NCBI GenBank assembly: GCA_030704795.1 | Contig: JAUYCZ010000003.1 | Coordinates: 2,412-66,411, forward strand | DNA: 64,000 nucleotides | DNA from: a bacterium | GTDB lineage: Bacteria; Patescibacteriota; Minisyncoccia; Minisyncoccales; GWA2-46-15 | Direction: 5' to 3' | Part shown: positions 16,827 to 25,044 of the stretch, one piece after another | How positions within the stretch are numbered: position 1 is the stretch's first letter | Layout: each line of letters opens with the position of its first letter | Notes under the pieces: model-generated | What the model was told of the DNA's origin: nothing | Database searches by the model: none | The model's input: only the letters and a program-made list of their open reading frames with translations | Translations under genes and position numbers: made by a program

Positions 16827-17735
16827 ATGGAAGATAAAAAACCGCTTTTGATCGTGATTGACGCTAATTCCATTATCCACCGGGCCTTTCACGCTTTGCC
16901 CTTATTTACCACCAAAGACGGTCGGGCTGTCGGCGCCGTTTATGGATTTTTTTCGGTCTTTTTTAAAACACTTCGGGAGTTAAAGCCGAATTTCGTGGCC
17001 ATCACTTTTGATTTGGCCGCTCCCACTTTCCGTCATAAAGTTTTTCCAGACTATAAGGCAAAACGGAAAAAGGCTCCCGAGGAACTTTATCAACAGATAC
17101 CTTTAATCAAAGAAATTCTGAGCGTTTTAAAGATAAAGGTTTTTGAAAAAGGAGGTTTCGAGGCCGATGACCTCATCGGCACCATTGCGGCCCGGGCCGA
17201 AAAAGATTTAGTTTTTCCTAATCTGGAGACAATCATTCTGAGCAGCGACGCCGATGTTTTACAGCTAGTTGACGGAAGAACCAGGGCCATGATTTTGAAA
17301 AAAGGAGTGAGCCAGACAATTCTTTATGACGAAAAGGGGGTTGAAGAAAAATACTTGGGCCTTAGCCCCCGGCAATTGATCGACTTTAAGGCTCTCCGGG
17401 GCGACCCGTCAGATAATATCCCCGGAGTTTTCGGGATCGGAGAAAAGATAGCCACAGAATTACTCAAGCAATTCCAGAGTCTGGAAAATGTCTATTTGGC
17501 GATCGAACAAGACAAAAATAAGGCTTCTCTGAAGGAATCACTTTACGACAAACTGGTCCAGCAGAAAGACCAGGCTTTTCTGAGCAAAAAGTTAGCCGAG
17601 ATTCAACGAGACGTTGATATCAATTTTGACCTAGAATCGTGCCGCTGGGGAGAGTACGATCGGAAGGCGGTAACCGAGGTTTTAGAAAACCTGCAATTTT
17701 TTAGCCTGTTGAATAAATTACCCGGCCCCAACTGA
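16827..17735 (+). CDS. Stand-alone 5'-3' exonuclease (FEN / Pol I N-terminal domain type)
   Basis: LLIVIDANSIIHRAFHAL, FEADDLIGT, GDPSDNIPGVFGIGEK. There is no polymerase domain. Confidence 0.85.
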   Translation: MEDKKPLLIVIDANSIIHRAFHALPLFTTKDGRAVGAVYGFFSVFFKTLRELKPNFVAITFDLAAPTFRHKVFPDYKAKRKKAPEELYQQIPLIKEILSVLKIKVFEKGGFEADDLIGTIAARAEKDLVFPNLETIILSSDADVLQLVDGRTRAMILKKGVSQTILYDEKGVEEKYLGLSPRQLIDFKALRGDPSDNIPGVFGIGEKIATELLKQFQSLENVYLAIEQDKNKASLKESLYDKLVQQKDQAFLSKKLAEIQRDVDINFDLESCRWGEYDRKAVTEVLENLQFFSLLNKLPGPN

Positions 17736-17769
17736 TTGAGTTTACTCTTTAGACGGGGTAAAATGAGGC

Positions 17770-18765
17770 ATGCGAACAAAACTCTTTTCGATCTATAATA
17801 TTATTTTGGCGGTGTTTGCGTGGACCTTGTTGATTGGAGCGATCCTGGTCTATTTTTCCCTGACTCAGCAGCGTCAGGATCTTTATCAATCCGCCGTGGA
17901 AGAAAAGGTCAAACTGGCCGAGACGATTAAAGAGACGGTCGCTTCTCCCTCCTGGCTTTACCAGATTTCTCTTTTAAGAGATCTGGAAAGGGGCTTGATT
18001 GCCGGTTTGTCTAAGTTCAAGGATGTCCGCTTCATCCGGGTTGTTAAAATCAGCGGCGAGATCTATCAAAGCTCTTTGGCCGGGGAGACGGGCAAGAAAA
18101 TTAAAGAGCCGGGCGTGGTCGAAGTGGCTCAATCGGGCAAGCCCTTGATCAGAGATGATGTTTTTCGAAACGAAGAAATAAAACTTCTCATCTATCCGGG
18201 CTACGAAGACCGGACCATCTGGATCGGATTCTCCTTGAAAGACACCGAAGTTTTGACTCAAAAGCTTCTGCTGCGTTACTTTTTCATGGCTTTGGCGGCC
18301 TTACTACTTCTGGCCTTGGCCTTTTTTGTTATCTTGCGGAGCGTCGTTGATCCGATCCGGAAGATTACGGCCAGTTGTGAAGATGTTCGGCGAGGCAATC
18401 TTGATATTCGGGCTGAGATTGGTTGGCAGACAGAGATCGGCGAGTTAGCGGAGACTTTTAATAAAATGCTCGGAGACCTTAAGACGTCGCGCAAAAGCCT
18501 GGAGGAGTCAAAAGAAGTTTTAGAGATCAGAGTCGCCGCTCGGACCAAAGAGTTAGAAGATCTGGCCCAGAGCCTCGAGGGCCAGGTTAAAGTCCGGACC
18601 AAGGATCTGCGGGAAAAAATGGAACAGCTGGAAAGATTTAATAAGCTGGCCGTGGATCGGGAATTAAAGATGATCGAATTAAAAAAAGACATTAATGAGC
18701 TAAAAGCGCAATTAAATGAGCCAACTCTTAAACGAGACAGAAGTAAAAAAACTGATGCAGCTTAA
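17770..18765 (+). CDS. Membrane sensor-like protein: TM - extracytoplasmic domain - TM - HAMP - coiled coil (no kinase domain)
   Basis: Two TM helices. HAMP segment IRKITASCEDVRRGNLDIRAEIGWQTEIGELAETFNKMLGDL. Long heptad-like tail. Confidence 0.65.
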   Translation: MRTKLFSIYNIILAVFAWTLLIGAILVYFSLTQQRQDLYQSAVEEKVKLAETIKETVASPSWLYQISLLRDLERGLIAGLSKFKDVRFIRVVKISGEIYQSSLAGETGKKIKEPGVVEVAQSGKPLIRDDVFRNEEIKLLIYPGYEDRTIWIGFSLKDTEVLTQKLLLRYFFMALAALLLLALAFFVILRSVVDPIRKITASCEDVRRGNLDIRAEIGWQTEIGELAETFNKMLGDLKTSRKSLEESKEVLEIRVAARTKELEDLAQSLEGQVKVRTKDLREKMEQLERFNKLAVDRELKMIELKKDINELKAQLNEPTLKRDRSKKTDAA

Positions 18766-19315
18766 GGGCGAGGTGAGAGGGGTGGTTTTTAAGACCGATT
18801 TTGAATATATCTTAAACCGAGAAGGAGGGGATGGCTTAGAAAAGCTGGAAAACAAATTTCAGGAAATAGGCCACCCCATCAAGTATGGAGAAATAAAGGC
18901 TCTAGCTTTTTATCCCATTGGGCTAAGAATTATTTCTCTTTTGGCGATCAAAGACATTTTTAGCTTTTCTGATGAAGAGATTAAAAAGATTGGAGAAGCG
19001 GCCCCCAAACTTTCATTAGTGATTAAGCTTTTTACGAAATATTTTCTTTCCATCACCCTGACCGCCCAACAGGCACCTTCAATGTGGGGGAAACACTATC
19101 GGGCCGGCAAGTTAGTGGTTGTCGAGATAAACGAGAAAGAAAAAAGAATTATTCTCAGTCTTGAGGATTTCAATCTTCACCCTCTTCTTTGTAAATATCT
19201 CGAAGGCTACTTTTCTACCGTTGTTAAGATGGCCGTGGGTAAACCGACTAATTCCCAGGAGATAAAATGTTCGTTCAGTGGCGGCAAATCCCACGAATAT
19301 CTAGTCACTTGGTAG
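18716..19315 (+). CDS. Hypothetical protein in the two-component cluster (alternative start at ATG 18755)
   Basis: 199-aa ORF overlapping the upstream gene by 50 nt (11 nt if it starts at 18755). I cannot name a motif. Confidence 0.55.
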   Translation: MSQLLNETEVKKLMQLKGEVRGVVFKTDFEYILNREGGDGLEKLENKFQEIGHPIKYGEIKALAFYPIGLRIISLLAIKDIFSFSDEEIKKIGEAAPKLSLVIKLFTKYFLSITLTAQQAPSMWGKHYRAGKLVVVEINEKEKRIILSLEDFNLHPLLCKYLEGYFSTVVKMAVGKPTNSQEIKCSFSGGKSHEYLVTW

Positions 19316-19324
19316 CTGAATGAC

Positions 19325-20854
19325 ATGGCAACAAAAGAAGAAAATCAACTTTCCCTACTCCTGGACGACCTAACCGCTCTGGAGGAGTATATCCACGACC
19401 TTTTTAATTTCTCGCCGTTACCCATTTGTTTCGTCAGTCCGGTGGGCGTAATTCTGGAAGTGAACCCGGCCATGGAAAAGGTGTCTGGTTTTAAGATGGA
19501 CGAGATCGTGGGCGAGCCGTTGGAGAAAGTCTTTAAAAAAGAAGAAATCGGTTCCTTGGCCAGAGAAACCATAAGAGAAGGGTTTGTTGACGGCAAAGAA
19601 TTAAGGTTTTTTCCAAAAGGAGGGGAAGAAGTTGTCGTTCAGGTTTTTACCAGAACCAGGAAAGACGAAAAAGGGGAGGTCGTCGGTTACTTCTTGAGTC
19701 TGTTTGACTTAACTGGAATCAAAAAAACTGAAGCCGAATTAAAAAGAATTCAGACCGCTCTTTTGAACATCCTTGAGGACACCGAAGAAGCGCGCCGAAA
19801 AGCCGAAGAAGAAAAGGACAAAACTCAGGCGATCATCACGAATTTTACTGACGCCCTTTTCTTTTTTGATAAAGACCATCGCCTGGCGCTGATGAACCCT
19901 CGGGCCGAGATTTTTTTTAAAATAAAGAAAGAAAAAGTGATCGGAGAATCCATTAATAGGCTTTACGAGCTTCCCGAACTCCGCGCTTTAATTAAATTTT
20001 TGGGCGAAGGAATAGAGGAAGTTTCTCGAAAGGAGTTTCCTCTCACGGAGGATTTCATCCTTGAGGTCTCCGTGATTTCGATGAAACGCGACAGCGTTGA
20101 TCTGGGAGACTTGGTTGTTCTTCACGACGTTAGCCGAGAGAAGATGGTAGAAAAACTCAAAACAGAATTCGTTTCTTTGTCGGCTCATCAGTTGAGAACG
20201 CCTCTCTCGGCGATCAAATGGAGCTTGATGATGATTTTGGATGGCGACTTAGGAGTGATTAACAAGGGTCAGAAGGATATTTTGGAAAAAACCTATCAGT
20301 CTAACGAAAGAATGATTGCTTTGATCAATGACCTTTTAAATTTGGCCCGGATCGAGGAAGGCAAATATGCTTTGAGCCTGGCCCCGGCCGATATTGTCAA
20401 AATTTGCCAATCGATTGTTGACCTGAGCGAGGAATCATTCAAAAACAAGGGAATAAAGCTCCGCTTCAATAAACCAGCTAAAAAAACCATTCAAGTTTTG
20501 GTCGACGAAGAGAAGCTTAAGCTAGTCATCCAAAACCTACTGGACAATGCTTTCAAATATACTTTCAAAAACGGTCGCGTCTCTTTGTCCTTAAAAGAAA
20601 TCGATAAAGGGGTGCGAATCGAAGTTAAGGATACGGGGATGGGCATTGTTGGAAAAGAACAAAAAAGAGTTTTTTCTAAGTTCTTCCGGACAAACGAGGC
20701 GGTTTTGGTTGAGCCGGCCGGCAGCGGGCTCGGTCTCTATATGGCCAGGAATATTATTGAGGGTCACGGCGGAGAAATCGGCTTTATTTCAAAGGTCGGC
20801 CAAGGAACAACTTTCTATTTTAGTCTGCCTAAGGAAAAAATTGCCAAAGCCTAA
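19325..20854 (+). CDS. Cytoplasmic PAS-domain sensor histidine kinase
   Basis: No TM helix. H-box SAHQLRTPLSAIKW, N-box LLDNAFKYT, G-boxes KDTGMGI and GSGLGLYMARNIIEGHGG. Confidence 0.85.
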   Translation: MATKEENQLSLLLDDLTALEEYIHDLFNFSPLPICFVSPVGVILEVNPAMEKVSGFKMDEIVGEPLEKVFKKEEIGSLARETIREGFVDGKELRFFPKGGEEVVVQVFTRTRKDEKGEVVGYFLSLFDLTGIKKTEAELKRIQTALLNILEDTEEARRKAEEEKDKTQAIITNFTDALFFFDKDHRLALMNPRAEIFFKIKKEKVIGESINRLYELPELRALIKFLGEGIEEVSRKEFPLTEDFILEVSVISMKRDSVDLGDLVVLHDVSREKMVEKLKTEFVSLSAHQLRTPLSAIKWSLMMILDGDLGVINKGQKDILEKTYQSNERMIALINDLLNLARIEEGKYALSLAPADIVKICQSIVDLSEESFKNKGIKLRFNKPAKKTIQVLVDEEKLKLVIQNLLDNAFKYTFKNGRVSLSLKEIDKGVRIEVKDTGMGIVGKEQKRVFSKFFRTNEAVLVEPAGSGLGLYMARNIIEGHGGEIGFISKVGQGTTFYFSLPKEKIAKA

Positions 20855-20900
20855 TAGGCTTTCTTTTGACGAGGTTCTTTGATACAATTAATTTGTGACT

Positions 20901-21278
20901 ATGAAAAAAATTCTCATCATTGAAGACGAAGAGATCATGCTTGATCTCATCCGGCGAAAGATGACCAGCGAGGGCTATGAGGTTATTGTGGCTAGAGACG
21001 GAGAAGAGGGGCTGAGGCTGATTAAAGAGGGTCAGCCCGACTTGATTTTACTCGATCTTATCATGCCCAAAAAAGATGGATTTTCGGTTATGGCCGAGGT
21101 TCAGAAAGACGAGGTGTCAAAAAAGATCCCTATCATTATTGTCTCTAATTCTGGACAGCCGGTGGAATTAAGCCGGGCCAAAGAGCTGGGAGCCAGAGAT
21201 TGGCTGGTGAAAACCGAGTTCGACCCGCGAGAATTGGTCGAGAAGGTAAGAAATATCCTCTCCGAGCCTATTTCTTGA
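20901..21278 (+). CDS. Single-domain response regulator (REC only)
   Basis: MKKILIIEDEE..., DLILLDLIMPKKDG, and a conserved K in WLVKTEF. No output domain. The track start at 20895 is a GTG. Confidence 0.85.
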   Translation: MKKILIIEDEEIMLDLIRRKMTSEGYEVIVARDGEEGLRLIKEGQPDLILLDLIMPKKDGFSVMAEVQKDEVSKKIPIIIVSNSGQPVELSRAKELGARDWLVKTEFDPRELVEKVRNILSEPIS

Positions 21279-21327
21279 TTTTCGCGCTACTACGCTCAAA
21301 TTAAGAAATGTCCTCGCTGAGGGTAAA

Positions 21328-21390
21328 TAAGCAAGCTTAGCCTCGCTAAGGCGAGGTAAGCAAGCTTAGCCTTTTCGCAAAGCGAAAAGG
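21328..21390. repeat. Intergenic hairpin-repeat cluster: 29-nt unit TAAGCAAGCTTAGCCTCGCTAAGGCGAGG, a second partial unit, then a 9-bp CCTTTTCGC/GCGAAAAGG hairpin
   Basis: Unit at 21328-21356, partial repeat at 21357-21371, hairpin at 21370-21390. The same unit occurs at 35758-35815. Confidence 0.75.
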
Positions 21391-21417
21391 TTAGCGGAAT
21401 TAACACATGTCAAATAC

Positions 21418-21795
21418 ATGTCACGGAAAATCTTAATTATTGAAGACGATCTATTCTTAAGGGAATTGATGTCTAAAAAACTGGTGGGCGAGGGCTATCA
21501 GATTTCTGGGGCCACCGACGGCGAAGAAGGAATTCGGAGCGTCAAGTCGGAAAAACCAGACCTGGTTTTGCTTGATCTAATTCTCCCCGGAATTGACGGT
21601 TTCGAAGTTCTCGCCAGAATAAAACAGGATCCGGAAATAGCTCAAACTCCGGTCATCGTTCTCTCTAATCTGGGCCAGAAAGAAGATATTGAACGGGGCA
21701 TAAAACTCGGGGCGGTTGACTATTTGATCAAAGCCCATTTTACCCCGGGCGAGATTGTCGAGAAAATTGCCAGCGTCTTCTCAAAAGATATCTAA
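21418..21795 (+). CDS. Single-domain response regulator (REC only), second copy
   Basis: MSRKILIIEDD..., DLVLLDLILPGIDG, YLIKAHF. Confidence 0.85.
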   Translation: MSRKILIIEDDLFLRELMSKKLVGEGYQISGATDGEEGIRSVKSEKPDLVLLDLILPGIDGFEVLARIKQDPEIAQTPVIVLSNLGQKEDIERGIKLGAVDYLIKAHFTPGEIVEKIASVFSKDI

Positions 21796-21796
21796 C

Positions 21797-22729
21797 ATGA
21801 TTCTTTTTCTCTACGGACAGGATAGTTTTCGGTCTCGAAAGAAACTGAAAGAAATTATTGAACAGTATCAAAAAGTCCGCCACGGCGGACTTAGTTTGTT
21901 TTATACAGAAGATAATTTCAGTAATTTTAAAAGCCAGATAGAAAACCAATCCGTGTTCGTTGAGAAAAAACTGGTCGTGATCGAGAACGTTCTCGCTAAT
22001 CGGGATTTGAGTCAGAAGTTTTTAGAGTATCTTAAGGAAAAAGAGAAACTTTTGCGTGACGACATCCTGATTTTTTTTGAGGCAAAAGAATTCAATTCAA
22101 ATAACTCTCTTTTTACCTTCTTAAAAAAAACCGCTCAGACTCAAGAATTTAAACCGTTAGCTTTACCGGCCTTAAGACTTTGGATCAGGCAAGAGGTCAA
22201 GGAGCAAGGAACGGAAATCGAGGATCTGGCCATTGATCAGTTGATCACCTTTTTTAATAATGATCTTTGGAGTCTTTCCAATGAAATTAAAAAACTCGCC
22301 AGCCTCAAAGCTGGTCGAAAGATTGAAGTTTCAGACATTGGCCTTTTGGCCAAGCCCAAGATTGAGACCAATATTTTTAAGACGATCGACGCGGTGGCAG
22401 CCGGCGATAATAAGAAGGCCCTAAAATTGATCAACCAACACCTTGAGGGGGGAGATTCGCCGATTTATCTTTTGACGATGATCAGCTACCAATTCCGCAA
22501 TCTTCTTTTAGTTAAGGATCTGCTGGAGAAGAAGAATTCTCTGGACGTCATTTTGAAACTCACCAAGCTCAACCCATTTGTCGCTCGAAAGGCCTACTTT
22601 CTCTCACAGAAATTTACCTTCAAAAGACTCAAAGTAATCTACTCCCAAATTTTAGACACCGACTTTAAGATAAAAACGGGGAAGATCTCCCCCCGTCAGG
22701 GCTTAGAGCTGATGATTTCAGAGATCTAG
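21797..22729 (+). CDS. holA: DNA polymerase III delta subunit
   Basis: Start set to ATG 21797 (MILFLYGQDSFRSRKKLKEI). About 310 aa. Position next to rpsT is the common synteny. Confidence 0.7.
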   Translation: MILFLYGQDSFRSRKKLKEIIEQYQKVRHGGLSLFYTEDNFSNFKSQIENQSVFVEKKLVVIENVLANRDLSQKFLEYLKEKEKLLRDDILIFFEAKEFNSNNSLFTFLKKTAQTQEFKPLALPALRLWIRQEVKEQGTEIEDLAIDQLITFFNNDLWSLSNEIKKLASLKAGRKIEVSDIGLLAKPKIETNIFKTIDAVAAGDNKKALKLINQHLEGGDSPIYLLTMISYQFRNLLLVKDLLEKKNSLDVILKLTKLNPFVARKAYFLSQKFTFKRLKVIYSQILDTDFKIKTGKISPRQGLELMISEI

Positions 22730-23001
22730 GCTTGTTTTTCTTCGGATCTTTTCACTAAATGACTGGCTCTCGATATCTTTCGGGAGGCCTTATTCTTTTT
22801 GATGACGCCGATTTTAGCCGCTTTATCTAAGGCCTGGGAGATCTGGGGCAGAAGGTTCTTGGCTTCAATGACCTTCTTCTGAGCCAAAAGCGACTCAATC
22901 ATTTTTTCGAGTTTCTTGATTTTGTTTTTAGCCAGCTGGTTTTGCTTTCTTCTTCTTCCGCTTTGGCGCCAAGCCTTTTTGGCCGATTCGGTTATGGGCA
23001 T
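22726..23001 (-). CDS. rpsT: 30S ribosomal protein S20
   Basis: MPITESAKKAWRQSGRRRKQNQLAKNKIK...; 91 aa, basic. Confidence 0.85.
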   Translation of the reverse strand: MPITESAKKAWRQSGRRRKQNQLAKNKIKKLEKMIESLLAQKKVIEAKNLLPQISQALDKAAKIGVIKKNKASRKISRASHLVKRSEEKQA

Positions 23002-23033
23002 GATGATTTAATATAGCATAGTTGGGTAAATAA

Positions 23034-24998
23034 TCAACTATTCTCTTTCGGAGCCACCGAATCTTTTATCTTCTTGACGAGGTCACGGATTTGGGCCGCT
23101 CTTTCAAAATCGAGGCTTGTGGCCGCTATTTTCATCTCTTTTTCTAAGAGATCCAGATCGTGGACAACCATGAATTCCAATTCAACCGGTTTTTCGGTTT
23201 GGCCAAAAGACCAGTTACGAATCGCCTTGGAAACAGCCCGAGGCTTAATCCCATGTTTTTTATTATAGTCTAACTGGATCTTTCTTCTCCGGGTGATTTC
23301 CTTTAGGGCCCGAGCCATGGACCCCGTGGTTTTGTCGGCATAGAGAATGACCCGTCCCTCTAAGTGTCGAGCGGCTCGGCCCATCGTCTGGATCAGAGTT
23401 GTCTCCGATCTTAAGAACCCCTCCTTATCCGCGTCGAGAATGGCCACGAGGCTAACCTCGGGCAAATCCAGCCCCTCTCGTAAAAGATTAATTCCTACCA
23501 AAACGTCAATCTTGCCTTCTCTTAATTCTTTGAGGATATTTGGTCTTTCTAACGTTTTTGTTTCTGAATGCAGCCAGCGGCTCGAGACGCCCTTTTCTCG
23601 AAAGAAGTCATCAAGATCCTCCGCCAGCCTTTTAGTGAGGGTAATAACTAAGATTCGTTCTTTTCTCCGAGCCCGGGATCTAATTTCGTCAACCAGATTA
23701 TTTAACTGGTTCCTAGTGGGGCGGATTTCGATTCGCGGTTCTAATAGACCGGTGGGACGGATCAGTTGTTCTACAAAAAAGTGTTTGGCCCGGCATTTTT
23801 CGAATTCTCCGGGCGTGGCCGAGACATAGATAGTTTGAGGCGATCTTTGTTCAAACTCAGAATAAGTTAACGGTCGGTTATCAACCGCCGAAGGCAGGCG
23901 AAAGCCGTAATCGACGAGGATCTTTTTACGGGCTCGGTCCTGAAGAGACATGGCCTTAATTTGCGAACAGGTTAGGTGGGACTCATCAATGAAAACCAGG
24001 AAGTTGGGATTGGCGAGACGAAAATAATCCAGCAGGGTAAAAGGCGCCTGGCCGGGTTTCCGGAATTCTAAATGCCGGGAGTAGTTTTCGACCCCGCGGC
24101 AATAACCGGTTTCTAACATCATCTGCAAGTCGAAATTAGTTTTTTGCTTCAGCCTTTCCGCTTCCAGGAATTTCTTTTGTTTTTTGAAAAAAGAGATTCT
24201 CTTCGTCAGTTCGATTCGGATATTTTCAACGGCTAATCTTAATTTATCTTCGGGAGAGATCCAGAACTTAGCCGGATAGAGAGAATAGCTGCTCCGCCCG
24301 CTATAGCGAACAGGATTGCCCGGGAGAGAGATCGATATTCGAGCCATCTCTTCTTTCTCAAACTCAATCCGAATAATTTCTTTGCCCGTGACAACCGATA
24401 TCTCGACGCTTTCTCCCCGAACGCGGAAAGTGCCTGGCTTAAAATCAATATCGTTTCTTTGATATTGCAGAAAAACCAATTGTTCTAAAAACTTCTTTCG
24501 GCTGATCTTCTGTCCGACTCTTATCTCGAATTTAATCTCCTGATAAGTTTTTGGCGCCCCGAGATTATAAATACAAGAGACCGAAGCAATCACGACGGCT
24601 CCTTTAAAGGAGAGCAATTCTTGGACGGCTTGGTGGCGCAGGCGGTCGATCTCTTCGTTGATCTGGGCGTCTTTTTCGATGTAGGTGTCGGTTTGGGGAA
24701 TGTAAGCTTCGGGCTGGTAATAATCATAGTAAGAAACAAAATAGTGGACCGGATTCCGGGGAAAAAACTCTTTGAATTCCTGATAGAGCTGGGCCGCCAG
24801 CACTTTGTTCGGTTCGATTATCAGAGCGGATTTTTGCGTGTTGGCAATGACATTGGCCATGGTGAAGCTCTTGCCCGACCCCGTTACCCCCAAAAGCACC
24901 TGGTGTTTAGCCTTGGCTTCCAGATTTTCAACCAGTCTTTTAATGGCTTGGGGCTGATCGCCCGCGGGCTTAAAAGGCGAGGAAAGTTTGAATTTCAT
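23034..24998 (-). CDS. uvrB: Excinuclease ABC subunit B
   Basis: GVTGSGKSFTMANVI, DESH, helicase motifs, and C-terminal UVR domain FERAAQIRD. Confidence 0.95.
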   Translation of the reverse strand: MKFKLSSPFKPAGDQPQAIKRLVENLEAKAKHQVLLGVTGSGKSFTMANVIANTQKSALIIEPNKVLAAQLYQEFKEFFPRNPVHYFVSYYDYYQPEAYIPQTDTYIEKDAQINEEIDRLRHQAVQELLSFKGAVVIASVSCIYNLGAPKTYQEIKFEIRVGQKISRKKFLEQLVFLQYQRNDIDFKPGTFRVRGESVEISVVTGKEIIRIEFEKEEMARISISLPGNPVRYSGRSSYSLYPAKFWISPEDKLRLAVENIRIELTKRISFFKKQKKFLEAERLKQKTNFDLQMMLETGYCRGVENYSRHLEFRKPGQAPFTLLDYFRLANPNFLVFIDESHLTCSQIKAMSLQDRARKKILVDYGFRLPSAVDNRPLTYSEFEQRSPQTIYVSATPGEFEKCRAKHFFVEQLIRPTGLLEPRIEIRPTRNQLNNLVDEIRSRARRKERILVITLTKRLAEDLDDFFREKGVSSRWLHSETKTLERPNILKELREGKIDVLVGINLLREGLDLPEVSLVAILDADKEGFLRSETTLIQTMGRAARHLEGRVILYADKTTGSMARALKEITRRRKIQLDYNKKHGIKPRAVSKAIRNWSFGQTEKPVELEFMVVHDLDLLEKEMKIAATSLDFERAAQIRDLVKKIKDSVAPKENS

Positions 24999-25044
24999 GC
25001 TAGAATTATCATAGCAGGCTTTGCCCGATATAACAGACCAAAAG

